Origin: Trueperaceae bacterium
GTDB taxonomy: Bacteria; Deinococcota; Deinococci; Deinococcales; Trueperaceae
NCBI GenBank assembly: GCA_034520945.1
Contig: JAXHNB010000006.1
Span: 512,001-576,000 of the forward strand
Direction of reading: 5' to 3'
DNA: 64,000 bases
In this document: piece by piece, positions 50,623-60,070 of the stretch
Layout of the letters: every line of letters starts with the position of its first letter
Numbering within the stretch: position 1 is the stretch's first letter
Program-made: the position numbers and the translations under genes
Notes under the pieces: model-generated
Databases searched by the model: none
What the model was told of the DNA's origin: nothing
What the model saw: the letters and a program-made list of their open reading frames with translations, nothing else

Positions 50623-51549
50623 GTGTCCCGCTTCCTCGGTGCCTTCGCGCTCGGCGTGCTCACGGTTGCGTTCCTCGCCGCATCGTGCGCGCCGCGCGCC
50701 GATCTGCGCGCAGAGCCCACCGAAGCGACCCGCCCGCTGACCTTCGAGGCGGTCCCGGGCCTCACCCGCATCGTGCGCTTCGATCCGCCCGGCGCCGGGG
50801 AGCGCCTGGAGTTGGAGCTGGCGGTGCAGGTCCACAACCCCAACACGTTCGGCGTGCACCTGGAGCGGTTGTCGTACCGGGTGGTCGTGAACGATCGCGC
50901 GGTGGCCGATGGCCGGATTCGCCCGGATCGCTTCGTGGAGGCCGGCGGCATGATCCCGCTGCGCTTTCCCGTCGAGGCCGAACTGCCGCCCACGCGGCCG
51001 CTGCTGACCGCGGTGGCGGGCGCGTTCACGGGCGAGCCGCTTCCCTACCGCCTGGAGGGCCGCGTCCGCTTCGGTGCGGCCGGCTACGCGTTCGAGAGCC
51101 GCTACGGCCTCCTGGTGGAGGGATCGCTCCTGCCCACCGAGACCGTCGAGCCCCCGCGACTGCGGGTGGACGGTGACGCGTCGCGCGCGTTCGAGGTCAG
51201 GCCCGGCGTGCCCGTGATCCAGGTGGCCATCCGGGTTCGAAACCCGGGCGAGATCGGGTACTTCCTTAGCGGAAAGGACGTGGCGCTGGCGCTGGCCGGG
51301 CACCCCGTCGCGACGCTGGACGTGGAGCCCCTGCCGATGCCGGCCGGGTCGGAACGGCCATTTGCGCTGTTGTTCTATCCGGATCCCGACCAGCTCGAGG
51401 GCGGCGCCCGCCGCGCGTTGGACGCTGCGCTGCGCGGCATCCCGACCGCGTTCGAGGTGCGGGGCGGCCTGGCGATGGACGTGCTGGGCGTGGCCTCGTT
51501 CCCCGTGCCGGGCGGAATCCAGGCGAACGGCTTCGTGTACGCGGAGTGA
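50623..51549 (+). CDS. Lipoprotein with two LEA type 2 (WHy) domains
   Basis: LAAS-C lipobox; VHNPNTFGV and VRNPGEIGY NPN-type motifs. Confidence 0.78.
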   Translation: MSRFLGAFALGVLTVAFLAASCAPRADLRAEPTEATRPLTFEAVPGLTRIVRFDPPGAGERLELELAVQVHNPNTFGVHLERLSYRVVVNDRAVADGRIRPDRFVEAGGMIPLRFPVEAELPPTRPLLTAVAGAFTGEPLPYRLEGRVRFGAAGYAFESRYGLLVEGSLLPTETVEPPRLRVDGDASRAFEVRPGVPVIQVAIRVRNPGEIGYFLSGKDVALALAGHPVATLDVEPLPMPAGSERPFALLFYPDPDQLEGGARRALDAALRGIPTAFEVRGGLAMDVLGVASFPVPGGIQANGFVYAE

Positions 51550-51632
51550 TCCGCCCCTACGTGGCGTGATCCGCTCCGGGGCACGGCACGCGCGCCGTCG
51601 CGGCCGCGCTCGCGCTGCTATGATCCGTACTC

Positions 51633-53204
51633 ATGCCGCGGATCCTCGTCACGGACAACCTGAAATTGGGCGACGCCCGCTACGACGGCGTCGAGGTGGA
51701 CGACCGCGCCGGCATCACGCGTGAGGAGCTTCTGTCCATCGTTGGGGACTACGACGCGCTGATCACCCGCTCGCGCACCAAGGTGGACGATGCGTTGCTG
51801 GCGGCGGCGCCCCGCTTGAGCGTGGTGGGACGCGGCGGCGTGGGGGTCGACAACATCGACCTGGACGCGGCCAGCCGGCGGGGCATCGTGGTCCTCAACG
51901 CCCCCGAAGCCAACAGCGTGTCCGCCGCGGAGTTGGCCGTGGCATTGATGCTGGCCGCCTCGCGCGGGGTGGCGCGCAGCGACCGGCTGGTCCGGGACGG
52001 ACGTTGGGACCGCTCCTTCCTAGGAAGGGAGGTGAAGGGCGCCCGGCTCGGGATCGTCGGGCTGGGCCGCATCGGGTCGCTGGTCGCGCGGCGTGCCCAA
52101 GGGCTGGGCATGGAGGTCGCGGCGTACGACCCCTACGTCAGCCGGCATCGGGCCGAGGAGCTGCACGTCGAGCTGTTCGACGAGCTCCAGTCCATGCTGG
52201 CCCGAAGCGACGTGCTGAGCGTGCATACGCCCCTCACCGACGAAACGCTCGGCATGATCGGAACGGCCGAACTGGCCGCGATGCCCACGGGGGCGACCGT
52301 CGTCAACGCGGCCCGCGGCGGGATCGTGGACGAGGATGCGCTGTTTGGCGCGCTCGAAGCCGGCCACCTGTTCGCGGCCGGCTTGGACGTGTTCCGGCAC
52401 GAGCCTCCCTCGCAGGACCATCCGCTGTTGTCCCGGGACGACGTGGTCGTCACGGCGCACCTCGGCGCCAACACCACTGAAGCGCAGGCGCGCATCGGCT
52501 CCGAGATCCTCGAGCGCGTGGCGCATGCGTTGCGCGGCGACTACGCCAGCGGCGTGGTGAACGCGCCGGCGCTGTCCGGCGAGGTGATGCGGGACCTGGG
52601 GCGCCACCTGGAGCTCGGCGAGGTCCTGGGGCGGACCGCCTCGCAGCTCGCCGAGGGCCGTGTGCGCGAACTGGAGGTGGAGTTCGCCGGCGACTTCCCG
52701 CGGGACCCCGATCCGATCGCGACCGCGGTGACGAAAGGGTTCCTGGAGCCGATCCTGGACGAGGCGCCGAACTACGTGAACGCCGCCTCCATCGCTCGCG
52801 AGCGCGACGTTCGCGTCTCCAAGGTCACCGCCTCTCGCGACCGTGGCTATACCAGCCACGTCCTGGTGACGGCCCGCAACGAGGCGGGCGAGACCAGCGT
52901 GGCCGGCACCGTCCTGGGCGACAAGCCGCGCATCGTCGGCATCGATGGCTATCGCATCGAGATCCGACCGGCCGGCGCGATGCTGATCTGCACCAACGTG
53001 GACCGTCCGGGGGCGGTGGGGCGCGTCGGCACGGTGCTGGGCGACGCGGGCGTGAACATCGTGGGGATGCAGCTCAGCCGCGTGGATGGGGACGGCACGG
53101 CGATGTTCGCGCTCACCTTGGACCAGGCGCCCCCCGAGCAGGTGCTGGACGTCCTGCGTGGCATGAGCGACGTGATCCGCAGCCTGCGGTTGGTGCGCAC
53201 GTGA
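51633..53204 (+). CDS. serA: D-3-phosphoglycerate dehydrogenase (with ASB and ACT domains)
   Basis: GVGVDNID, GLGRIG, NAARGG, HLGANT.EAQ, DRPGAVG. Confidence 0.93.
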   Translation: MPRILVTDNLKLGDARYDGVEVDDRAGITREELLSIVGDYDALITRSRTKVDDALLAAAPRLSVVGRGGVGVDNIDLDAASRRGIVVLNAPEANSVSAAELAVALMLAASRGVARSDRLVRDGRWDRSFLGREVKGARLGIVGLGRIGSLVARRAQGLGMEVAAYDPYVSRHRAEELHVELFDELQSMLARSDVLSVHTPLTDETLGMIGTAELAAMPTGATVVNAARGGIVDEDALFGALEAGHLFAAGLDVFRHEPPSQDHPLLSRDDVVVTAHLGANTTEAQARIGSEILERVAHALRGDYASGVVNAPALSGEVMRDLGRHLELGEVLGRTASQLAEGRVRELEVEFAGDFPRDPDPIATAVTKGFLEPILDEAPNYVNAASIARERDVRVSKVTASRDRGYTSHVLVTARNEAGETSVAGTVLGDKPRIVGIDGYRIEIRPAGAMLICTNVDRPGAVGRVGTVLGDAGVNIVGMQLSRVDGDGTAMFALTLDQAPPEQVLDVLRGMSDVIRSLRLVRT

Positions 53205-54418
53205 ACGCTGCGCAAGGGGAGCCCGAGGCACTGCGCAAGGCACGCCTGCTGGCGCCGGGGCCGGTCGAGGTGCCCCCCGACGTGCTCGAAGCCGTCGGCC
53301 GGCCGCCGCTGCACCACCGCAGCCCTGCCTTCGCGGAGCTTCTCGGCCGAACGCGCGAGGGACTGGCGGCGCTCGCCGACGTGCCGGGCGACGACGTCCT
53401 CGTCGTGACGGGCAGCGGCACGGCGGGGTTCGAGGCGGCCTTCCTGGCCGCCGTTCCCCATGGGGCGCCCGTCGTGAGCGCGCATGCCGGCAAGTTCGGT
53501 GCGCGCTGGGCCGAGCTCGCCCGGCGCTACGGGCACCCCGTCACCGAGACCACGGCGCCGTGGGGCGCCTGCTTGGATCCCGAAGCCGTCGCACGCGCCG
53601 TGCGGGACACGCCCGGCGTCCGCGCCGTGACCATGGCCCACTCGGAGACCAGCACCGGCGTTCTGCACGACGTGCGCGAGATCGCGCGGGCCGTCCGGGA
53701 GGTGGCGCCGGAGGTGCTGGTGATCGTTGACGCCGTCACCAGCCTGGGCGTCACCGAGCTGCGCCCGCGCGCATGGGACCTGGACGTCGTGGTGTCGGGC
53801 TCGCAGAAGGGGGTGATGCTGCCGCCGGGGTTGTCGTTCGCCTGGCTGTCGGAGCGGGCCTGGTCGACGGAGGGACCCAAGACGCCGAGCTTCTCGCTGG
53901 ACCTGCGGAGCGAACGCGAGCGGCAACGAAACGGCACCACCGGCACGACGCCGGCCGTGTCGCTCATCGCGGGTCTGGACGTGGCGCTGTCGCGCCTGCG
54001 GGCGGTCGCACCGGAGACGCTGTGGGCGACCCGCGCGCGGCGGAACGCGGCCGTGCTGGCGGCCGGTCTTGCGGTGGGTGCGCGGCCCTTCGCCGAGCGT
54101 CCCAGCCCGGCCGTCGCCGCGCTGGAGGTGCCGGCCGGACTGGACGCCCGCGACGTCGTCGCGGCGTTCGCGCGGCGAGGCGTCCGCATCGGCGGGGGGC
54201 AGGACCACATCGCGTCGCGCGTGATCCGCCCGTCGGTCCTGGGCTGGGCCGACGACTTCGACGTGCTGGGCCTGGCCGGCACGCTGGAGGCGGTCCTGCG
54301 CGAAGGCGGTGCGGATGCGCCGTACGGCGCCGGACCGGCCGCGGCCGCGCGGGTGCTCGACCAGGCCGACGGATGGCGCGATCGCCGGGGGCGTCAGGGG
54401 CGCGCCAGCGCCACGTAG
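53201..54418 (+). CDS. Class V PLP aminotransferase (serine-pyruvate / phosphoserine-type)
   Basis: LLAPGP, HSETSTG, VDAVTSLG, SGSQKG (PLP Lys); GTGA overlap with serA. Confidence 0.88.
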   Translation: MNAAQGEPEALRKARLLAPGPVEVPPDVLEAVGRPPLHHRSPAFAELLGRTREGLAALADVPGDDVLVVTGSGTAGFEAAFLAAVPHGAPVVSAHAGKFGARWAELARRYGHPVTETTAPWGACLDPEAVARAVRDTPGVRAVTMAHSETSTGVLHDVREIARAVREVAPEVLVIVDAVTSLGVTELRPRAWDLDVVVSGSQKGVMLPPGLSFAWLSERAWSTEGPKTPSFSLDLRSERERQRNGTTGTTPAVSLIAGLDVALSRLRAVAPETLWATRARRNAAVLAAGLAVGARPFAERPSPAVAALEVPAGLDARDVVAAFARRGVRIGGGQDHIASRVIRPSVLGWADDFDVLGLAGTLEAVLREGGADAPYGAGPAAAARVLDQADGWRDRRGRQGRASAT

Positions 54419-55164
54419 CGCGGCGCGTCCGCAATGATCGGTCGGCGGTCGAAATCGCCGAAGATGCGAACCGTCGCGAAGCCCGCGCCGCGGAGCGCCC
54501 GCTCCAGCTCGTAGCGGTGGAAGTAGCGTTGGTGCAGCCGCCGGCGCGTGCGGCGGACCACGCCCGCCTCGTCGGTCTCGTCCAGCAGGTACAGCGAGGT
54601 GACGCTTTGCGTGGCGGGGTCGTGATGCTGCACCAACCACAGGTCCTGGTGGCGGCCGGCGGCGGACGTGAGCGCCGCCTCGCGCCGCAGCACGCCCATG
54701 GGGCCGAACCGCGGCGCGAACACGTCGCACGCGAACGCCCCGCCGGGGATCAACGCCTGGCGGGCCCTGGCCAGCACGGCGTCCTGGTCGGCCAGCGCGT
54801 GCAGGTGCATCAGCATGTGGAACGGCGCCACCACCAACGCGAAGCGGGGGGACGGTGCCATCTCGCGCGCGTCGTCCGCGCGCAGCGTCACCGTGCTCGC
54901 CACACCCGCCCGTTCCAGACGCGCCTGCGCCCGCGTCCGCATCTCGTCCACCGGTTCCAGCGCCACCACCTCGGGCGCGACGCGTGCCAACTCCACCGTG
55001 ACGCGCCCCGTGCCCGCGCCGAGCTCTAGGACCGGCCCCGACTGGTCGAGCGCCAGTTCGCGGTAGAACGCCAGGTCGTCGCGGTAGTGCGCGTACTGCG
55101 CGTCGTACGCTTCGGCGTCCCGGTACAGGTCCCGCGCGTCGTTCACCGTGTCCAGCGCTTCCAT
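54394..55164 (-). CDS. Class I SAM-dependent methyltransferase
   Basis: VLELGAGTGR, PFHMLMHL, LIPGGAF; start MEALDTV overlaps the GT2 stop. Confidence 0.85.
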   Translation of the reverse strand: MEALDTVNDARDLYRDAEAYDAQYAHYRDDLAFYRELALDQSGPVLELGAGTGRVTVELARVAPEVVALEPVDEMRTRAQARLERAGVASTVTLRADDAREMAPSPRFALVVAPFHMLMHLHALADQDAVLARARQALIPGGAFACDVFAPRFGPMGVLRREAALTSAAGRHQDLWLVQHHDPATQSVTSLYLLDETDEAGVVRRTRRRLHQRYFHRYELERALRGAGFATVRIFGDFDRRPIIADAPRYVALARP

Positions 55165-55919
55165 CGCCACATCATCCGAAGCAGCCCGCCCTGGCGCGTC
55201 GACTCCAATTCGCCGAAGTCGCCCTCGAAGTGCCGGGCCAGGCGGTAGCGGGCCGAGTAGCGCCGGCGCCGAACCGATCCCTCGACCTCGGTCCCGGAGA
55301 ACCCGCGGGCCTGGGCAGCCTCGATCCGTGCACGGGCCTGCGCTTCGGAGCGGAACGGGTAGTGCTTCAGGATCGGCATGCGACCGTACGGGCGCCAACC
55401 GATGCCGCGCGGCACCACGCGCCCGTGTTCGCCCGAACGGTACGCGGCGCCGGGTCGGTCGCGGAACTGTCGCAGCTCCACCCAGAACGGGCTGTACCAG
55501 CGCACGCGCTCCTGCACCGGCAACGTCGGGTCGAGCGTGTCGTCCTCGTGCAGGAAGAACTGCATCGCCGCCCAGTTCACGCGATGGGCGCCGGCGCGCT
55601 CGGCCGCCTCCACCACCGCGTTTGCGTCATCGTGGAAAATCTCGTCGCCGTGCATCAGCGTGTACCAATGATCGGCACCGTACCGCTGGCGCGCCCGGTC
55701 CAGGAGGGCCTGCCGGTGATGATCCCGCACCCGCCCGTCCGGCGCGACCTCCTCGTCGCGAAGCACGGCCTCCACCTTCGGGCACGCCGCCAGGATCCGT
55801 TCGGATCCGTCGCTGGAGCCGTCCAGCGCGAAGATCGCGTCGACGCTCGCCGCGTTCACACGCAGCATCTCTTCGAGGACGTCGCCCTCCTGGTAGGTGA
55901 GGAGCAGGCCGATGTTCAC
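55143..55919 (-). CDS. Glycosyltransferase family 2-like protein
   Basis: YQEGDVL, ALDGSSDGS, LMHGDEIF (variant DxD), KHYPFRS; GTGA overlap with the ABC gene. Confidence 0.78.
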   Translation of the reverse strand: MNIGLLLTYQEGDVLEEMLRVNAASVDAIFALDGSSDGSERILAACPKVEAVLRDEEVAPDGRVRDHHRQALLDRARQRYGADHWYTLMHGDEIFHDDANAVVEAAERAGAHRVNWAAMQFFLHEDDTLDPTLPVQERVRWYSPFWVELRQFRDRPGAAYRSGEHGRVVPRGIGWRPYGRMPILKHYPFRSEAQARARIEAAQARGFSGTEVEGSVRRRRYSARYRLARHFEGDFGELESTRQGGLLRMMWRWKRWTR

Positions 55920-57646
55920 GCTTCGCCCCCGCCTTCCCTCGTGCCCTCCGGCGGGCCCGCCGGAACGCCGTGCGGCGCTTCGGACCGCAAGGTACCGTCC
56001 TCCAGTCGCCAGACGCGGTCGGCCGCCCGCGCGAGCCCCGGCCGGTGGGCGGCCACGAGGAGCAAGCGGCGCCTGGCTTCCTGACGCAGCACCGCGACGA
56101 CGTCGGCCTCGCTGGCCTCGTCCAGGCTCGAGGTGGGCTCGTCCAGCACGACGACCTCCGGTTCGCTGAGCAGCGCCCGGGCCAGCGCGATGCGCTGCCG
56201 TTGTCCGCCCGAGAGCCCGCCGCCGTCCTCGCCCAACACGTGGCCTAAGCCGCCGGGAAGGCTGCGCACCAACTCGTGCAGCCCGACCGCCTCCAATGAC
56301 GACCACAAGGCCGCCTCGTCCAATTCGCGGCCCATGGCGAGATTGTCGCGCACGCTGCCCGACAACAGGTCGAGGCCCTGCGGCACGTACCCCACGCGGC
56401 GGCGCAGCTCCGCGTCGTCCATCTCGGCCAAGGGCGTTCCGTCCAGCGCCACCGTGCCTTGCTCGGGCGCGATGAAGCCCAGCAGGAGGCGGAGCAGCGT
56501 CGTCTTGCCGGCGCCGCTCTCGCCGCGCACCACCACCATGCCGACGCGCGGCAGATCGAGATCGATGCCGCGCAGCACCTCGTCGCGGCCGTAGCCGTGA
56601 CGCACGGCGCGTAGGGCCATTCCGCGCGCGGGCGCCGGCGGGCGGGCCGGAGGGTCTCCTGGCGGGGCCTTCGTGGACGCCTCCTCGGCCGGGGGCGTGG
56701 CCAGCGCGCGCAGGCGTCGTGCCGCGCTGGCCGCCTGCGAGCGCATCGCCCACCCGCGCGGGAACAGCTGGGCAGGCGTCGCCAGCAGGGCGACCAGCGT
56801 CAGGTACCCCACCACTTCGCCCGTGGTGAGGGCCCCCGACACCACGCGGCCGCTCAGGAGCAGCACCAGGCCCCCCACCGCGGCGAAGGTGAGCAGCATG
56901 GTCGTCGGCACCTGGGCCGCGGCCAGCGCGGCCCGCCGCCGCATGGCCCGTTCGGTGTACGCGTTCAGGGGACGGAAGCGGCGCAGCATCATCTCGGTGG
57001 CGCCGAACGCCCGGATCGCCTCGTGATGCCGAAAGCCCTCCTGCAGCGAGCGCCCCAGCGACTCGCTCCCCTCCTGTGAGCGGCGCGCCACCTGCTCCAG
57101 CGCGCGGTTGAGCCGCCTGAGTCCCCACACCGTGGGCAGTCCCAGCGCGACCAGCAGCGCCGTGGCGCCCGGGTCGAGGTACGCCAGGTAGGCGAGGATG
57201 CCCACCACCGCCGCGCCCTCGGCCAGGAGCGTGCCGAGGCCGTACTGCAGGAACACCTCTACCTCGCGCAGGTCGTACAGCACGCGACTCGCCAGCCCGC
57301 CGCTGGTGCCGGGGAGCCGTCCGGGGACGCGCGCCAACAAGCGGCGGTACGCCGTCTCGCGCCAGCTGGCGGCCGTGCGGGCGGCCGCCCGGCCCAGCAG
57401 GGCGTCCTGCAGGTACTGCGCCGCCGCCCCACCGACGGCGACCGCCGCCGACACCCCCAACACGGCGCCGAGGGCGGAGGGGTCGCGGGTCTGCAGCACG
57501 CGATCGAATACCGGTGTCACGAACACGGGCACGATGGCCACCCGCAGCGCTGCGTTGGCGAGGGCGCAGACGAGGCCTCCGGCCGCGCTCCAGGACCGCG
57601 GAAACAACAGGGCGGGGGGCGTCCACGTCGGTCCGCCCCCGCTCAT
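55916..57646 (-). CDS. msbA: MsbA-like ABC exporter (TMD + NBD)
   Basis: N-terminal TM helices; GESGAGKTT, LSGGQRQRIALARA, LDEPTSSLD; position in the lpx cluster. Confidence 0.75.
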   Translation of the reverse strand: MSGGGPTWTPPALLFPRSWSAAGGLVCALANAALRVAIVPVFVTPVFDRVLQTRDPSALGAVLGVSAAVAVGGAAAQYLQDALLGRAAARTAASWRETAYRRLLARVPGRLPGTSGGLASRVLYDLREVEVFLQYGLGTLLAEGAAVVGILAYLAYLDPGATALLVALGLPTVWGLRRLNRALEQVARRSQEGSESLGRSLQEGFRHHEAIRAFGATEMMLRRFRPLNAYTERAMRRRAALAAAQVPTTMLLTFAAVGGLVLLLSGRVVSGALTTGEVVGYLTLVALLATPAQLFPRGWAMRSQAASAARRLRALATPPAEEASTKAPPGDPPARPPAPARGMALRAVRHGYGRDEVLRGIDLDLPRVGMVVVRGESGAGKTTLLRLLLGFIAPEQGTVALDGTPLAEMDDAELRRRVGYVPQGLDLLSGSVRDNLAMGRELDEAALWSSLEAVGLHELVRSLPGGLGHVLGEDGGGLSGGQRQRIALARALLSEPEVVVLDEPTSSLDEASEADVVAVLRQEARRRLLLVAAHRPGLARAADRVWRLEDGTLRSEAPHGVPAGPPEGTREGGGEA

Positions 57647-58872
57647 CGGGGCGCCTCGAGGCGCTGCAGCAGGCGCGTGGCGACACGGCCCGCGGCGCCC
57701 GGCCCGGGCATCGTCTCGCGGAGGCGCGAGCGCACGCGCGCCAGCTCGCCCTCGTCGCGCAACCACGCGGTCAGGCGCGCCGCCAGATCGTCGGCGTCCA
57801 TCCGGCCCGTGACCTCCTCGAACAGGCGTTCGCCCGCGATGCGGTTCGGCAACGACACCGGTTGATCCAGCCCCTGCACCCAGGCCCGCACCGCGGCGCG
57901 CTTGAGGTACCGTCCGACCCCGGGGATCAGGCCGAGCCAATGGCCCGCGCCCTCCAGGGGGATCAGCTCCGGCCGGTCCAGGGGGAGGATCACCAGCGAG
58001 GGGACGCCGGCCACCCCGAGCTCCAGCGTGTTGGTGCCGGGGATGGTGATCGCCGCGTCGGCGCTGAGCATGTGCGCGTGGCGCTCCTCCTCCGGCACCA
58101 TCTCCAGCACGGTGCCCGAGGGGGTGAGGATGCGGCTGCCGTCCCGCCGGCCGTGCGTGCCGCCCAAGGTGTCCGCGTGACGGCCCGCAATGCCGTCCGT
58201 GAGGGTCTGCTCGTCCAGAAGCCGGCTGACGGGCCACACGAAGCGTGCGTCCGGCCACCGTTCGCCCATCCGGTCGACCACCGCCAGCATCAGGGGGATC
58301 AAATGGCGGGCGAATTCGTTCCGGCTGCCCGGGAGGACCAGCACGTGCGGGTCGCCCGGCGCAGCGGCCGGCGCCGTCGCCGCGACGGCGTCGGCGACCA
58401 GATTGCCGACCACCTCGATGCGGTCGGCCGGGGTGCCCAGGCGGCGGGCCCGTGCGGCCTCTCGCGGGCCTGGAAGGTAGTGCCGCTCGATGCGGCGGTG
58501 CGGCGCCACCGTGAAGCCGTAGCGGTGCAACGGATGGCCCAGCGCCCGGGCCAAACGCGCGCCGAGGGCGATGTTGCCCCCCATCTGCAGCACCACGCCG
58601 CGTTCGGCGCCGAGGCCCGGCGGTGCGCGGCCGGCCGGCACGTTGCGCAGGTATTGCGCGGGGGTGGTGACGAGGTCCGCGCCGAACCGCTCGGCGATGG
58701 CCGCCTCGCGCCCGCTGGCGAACTGGCATGGCACCAGGGCGATCTTGGCACGCAGCTCGGGCGCGTGGTGCCGCAACTCGCGAAGCACGGGCCAGGTCCA
58801 GGTGTACAACTCGCCGGGGCCGTTGCTGACCAGCACCACCTCGCGCGCGTCGTGGCCGTCGGCTCGGCCCAC
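57643..58872 (-). CDS. lpxB: Divergent lipid A disaccharide synthase-like glycosyltransferase (GT-B)
   Basis: VVGNL, LPGSR.E, PGTNTLE, SLPNRIAG LpxB-type motifs; atypical N-terminus SNGPGEL. Confidence 0.72.
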   Translation of the reverse strand: MGRADGHDAREVVLVSNGPGELYTWTWPVLRELRHHAPELRAKIALVPCQFASGREAAIAERFGADLVTTPAQYLRNVPAGRAPPGLGAERGVVLQMGGNIALGARLARALGHPLHRYGFTVAPHRRIERHYLPGPREAARARRLGTPADRIEVVGNLVADAVAATAPAAAPGDPHVLVLPGSRNEFARHLIPLMLAVVDRMGERWPDARFVWPVSRLLDEQTLTDGIAGRHADTLGGTHGRRDGSRILTPSGTVLEMVPEEERHAHMLSADAAITIPGTNTLELGVAGVPSLVILPLDRPELIPLEGAGHWLGLIPGVGRYLKRAAVRAWVQGLDQPVSLPNRIAGERLFEEVTGRMDADDLAARLTAWLRDEGELARVRSRLRETMPGPGAAGRVATRLLQRLEAPR

Positions 58873-58873
58873 C

Positions 58874-59641
58874 TCAGGCCCCTGCGAAGCGCGCCACGCC
58901 CCGGCGGCTGTCGTTCCGGAAGGCGCGCAGATGCGCGACGTCCGGCCACTCGGTCGCCAGGGCGTCCAGCTGCGCCTCGTCGCGCCGCCGCAGGGCGCGC
59001 AAGGCGCGCTGGAGGGCGCGGGCGCGGTCGCCGTCGATCCCGTGCCGCGCCAACCCCACGCGGTTCAGCCGGTAGTGCCGGGCCATCGACCCTCGTGCCA
59101 ACGCGAAGGGAAGGACGTCGCGGTTGACGTGGCTGCCCCCACCGATCATGGCGAGCTCCCCGACGCGGGCGAACTGGTGGACCAGCACCCCCCCGCCCAC
59201 CACGGCGTACCGGCCCACCTCCGCGTGCCCCCCCAGTTGGACCGCGTTGGTGATCACGGCCTCGGCCCCGACGGTGACGTTGTGCGACACGTGCGCGGAC
59301 GTCATCACCAGGACCGACGCCCCGACGCGCGTTTCGGCACCTTCGCCGGTGGCGCGGTGCACCGAGGTGAACTCGCGCAGCTCGACGTCGTCCTCCAGCA
59401 CGGCCCAGCTGTCCTCGCCGCGGAACTCGTGATCCATGGGGGGTTCGCCCACCGTCGCGTAGGGTCCCAGGCGGCACCGCGCGCCCACCACGGCGCCGGT
59501 GCGGAGCACCGTGCCGACCTCCACCCGGCTGTCCGCACCGATCCGAACGCCGGCCTCGATCACCGCATGCGGGCCCACGCGTACGCCGCCTGCGAGCACG
59601 GCGGCATCGTCCACCACGGCGCTCGCGTGGACGTCCGCCAT
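58874..59641 (-). CDS. lpxA: Acyl-ACP--UDP-GlcNAc acyltransferase
   Basis: Hexapeptide repeats, REFTSVHRAT, AHVSHN, GGH, VHQF, DVLPF, LNRVGL.R.G. Confidence 0.92.
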   Translation of the reverse strand: MADVHASAVVDDAAVLAGGVRVGPHAVIEAGVRIGADSRVEVGTVLRTGAVVGARCRLGPYATVGEPPMDHEFRGEDSWAVLEDDVELREFTSVHRATGEGAETRVGASVLVMTSAHVSHNVTVGAEAVITNAVQLGGHAEVGRYAVVGGGVLVHQFARVGELAMIGGGSHVNRDVLPFALARGSMARHYRLNRVGLARHGIDGDRARALQRALRALRRRDEAQLDALATEWPDVAHLRAFRNDSRRGVARFAGA

Positions 59642-59645
59642 GGCG

Positions 59646-60065
59646 TCAGCCGACGTAGACGAAGGAGAGTTTGGCTTCCGTCACGACGTCCCCATCGACC
59701 CGCGCCCGCGTGTCCGCCTTGCACAGGCCGTGCCGGAACGCCCGCAGGGTGCCCTCCAGGTGGAGCGTGTCGCCCGGCACCACCTTGCGGCGGAACTTGG
59801 CGTCCTGAATGCCCGCAAGGTAGCCCGTGGTCCCGTTCGACTCGCCCTCGCGCAGCGCCAGGCCGACCGCTGCGGCCTGCGCCAACGCCTCGACGATCAA
59901 CACGCCGGGCATGACCGGCTCGCCAGGGAAGTGCCCCTGGAAAAACGGCTCGTTCACGGTGACGTTCTTGAGGCAGACGAAGTCGTCGCCGTCCTGCGAC
60001 AACACGCGGTCGACGAGCAAGAACGGGTAACGGTGAGGCAGAAGCTGGCGAACGTCGACGTCCAT
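59646..60065 (-). CDS. fabZ: 3-hydroxyacyl-ACP dehydratase
   Basis: [34 protein letters not shown]. Confidence 0.96.
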   Translation of the reverse strand: MDVDVRQLLPHRYPFLLVDRVLSQDGDDFVCLKNVTVNEPFFQGHFPGEPVMPGVLIVEALAQAAAVGLALREGESNGTTGYLAGIQDAKFRRKVVPGDTLHLEGTLRAFRHGLCKADTRARVDGDVVTEAKLSFVYVG

Positions 60066-60070
60066 GCGCG

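Noticed and set aside
53201..54418. Aminotransferase as the missing GnnB of the lpx operon
   Set aside because: It is class V (SGSQK), on the opposite strand and coupled to serA; GnnB belongs to the DegT/DnrJ family
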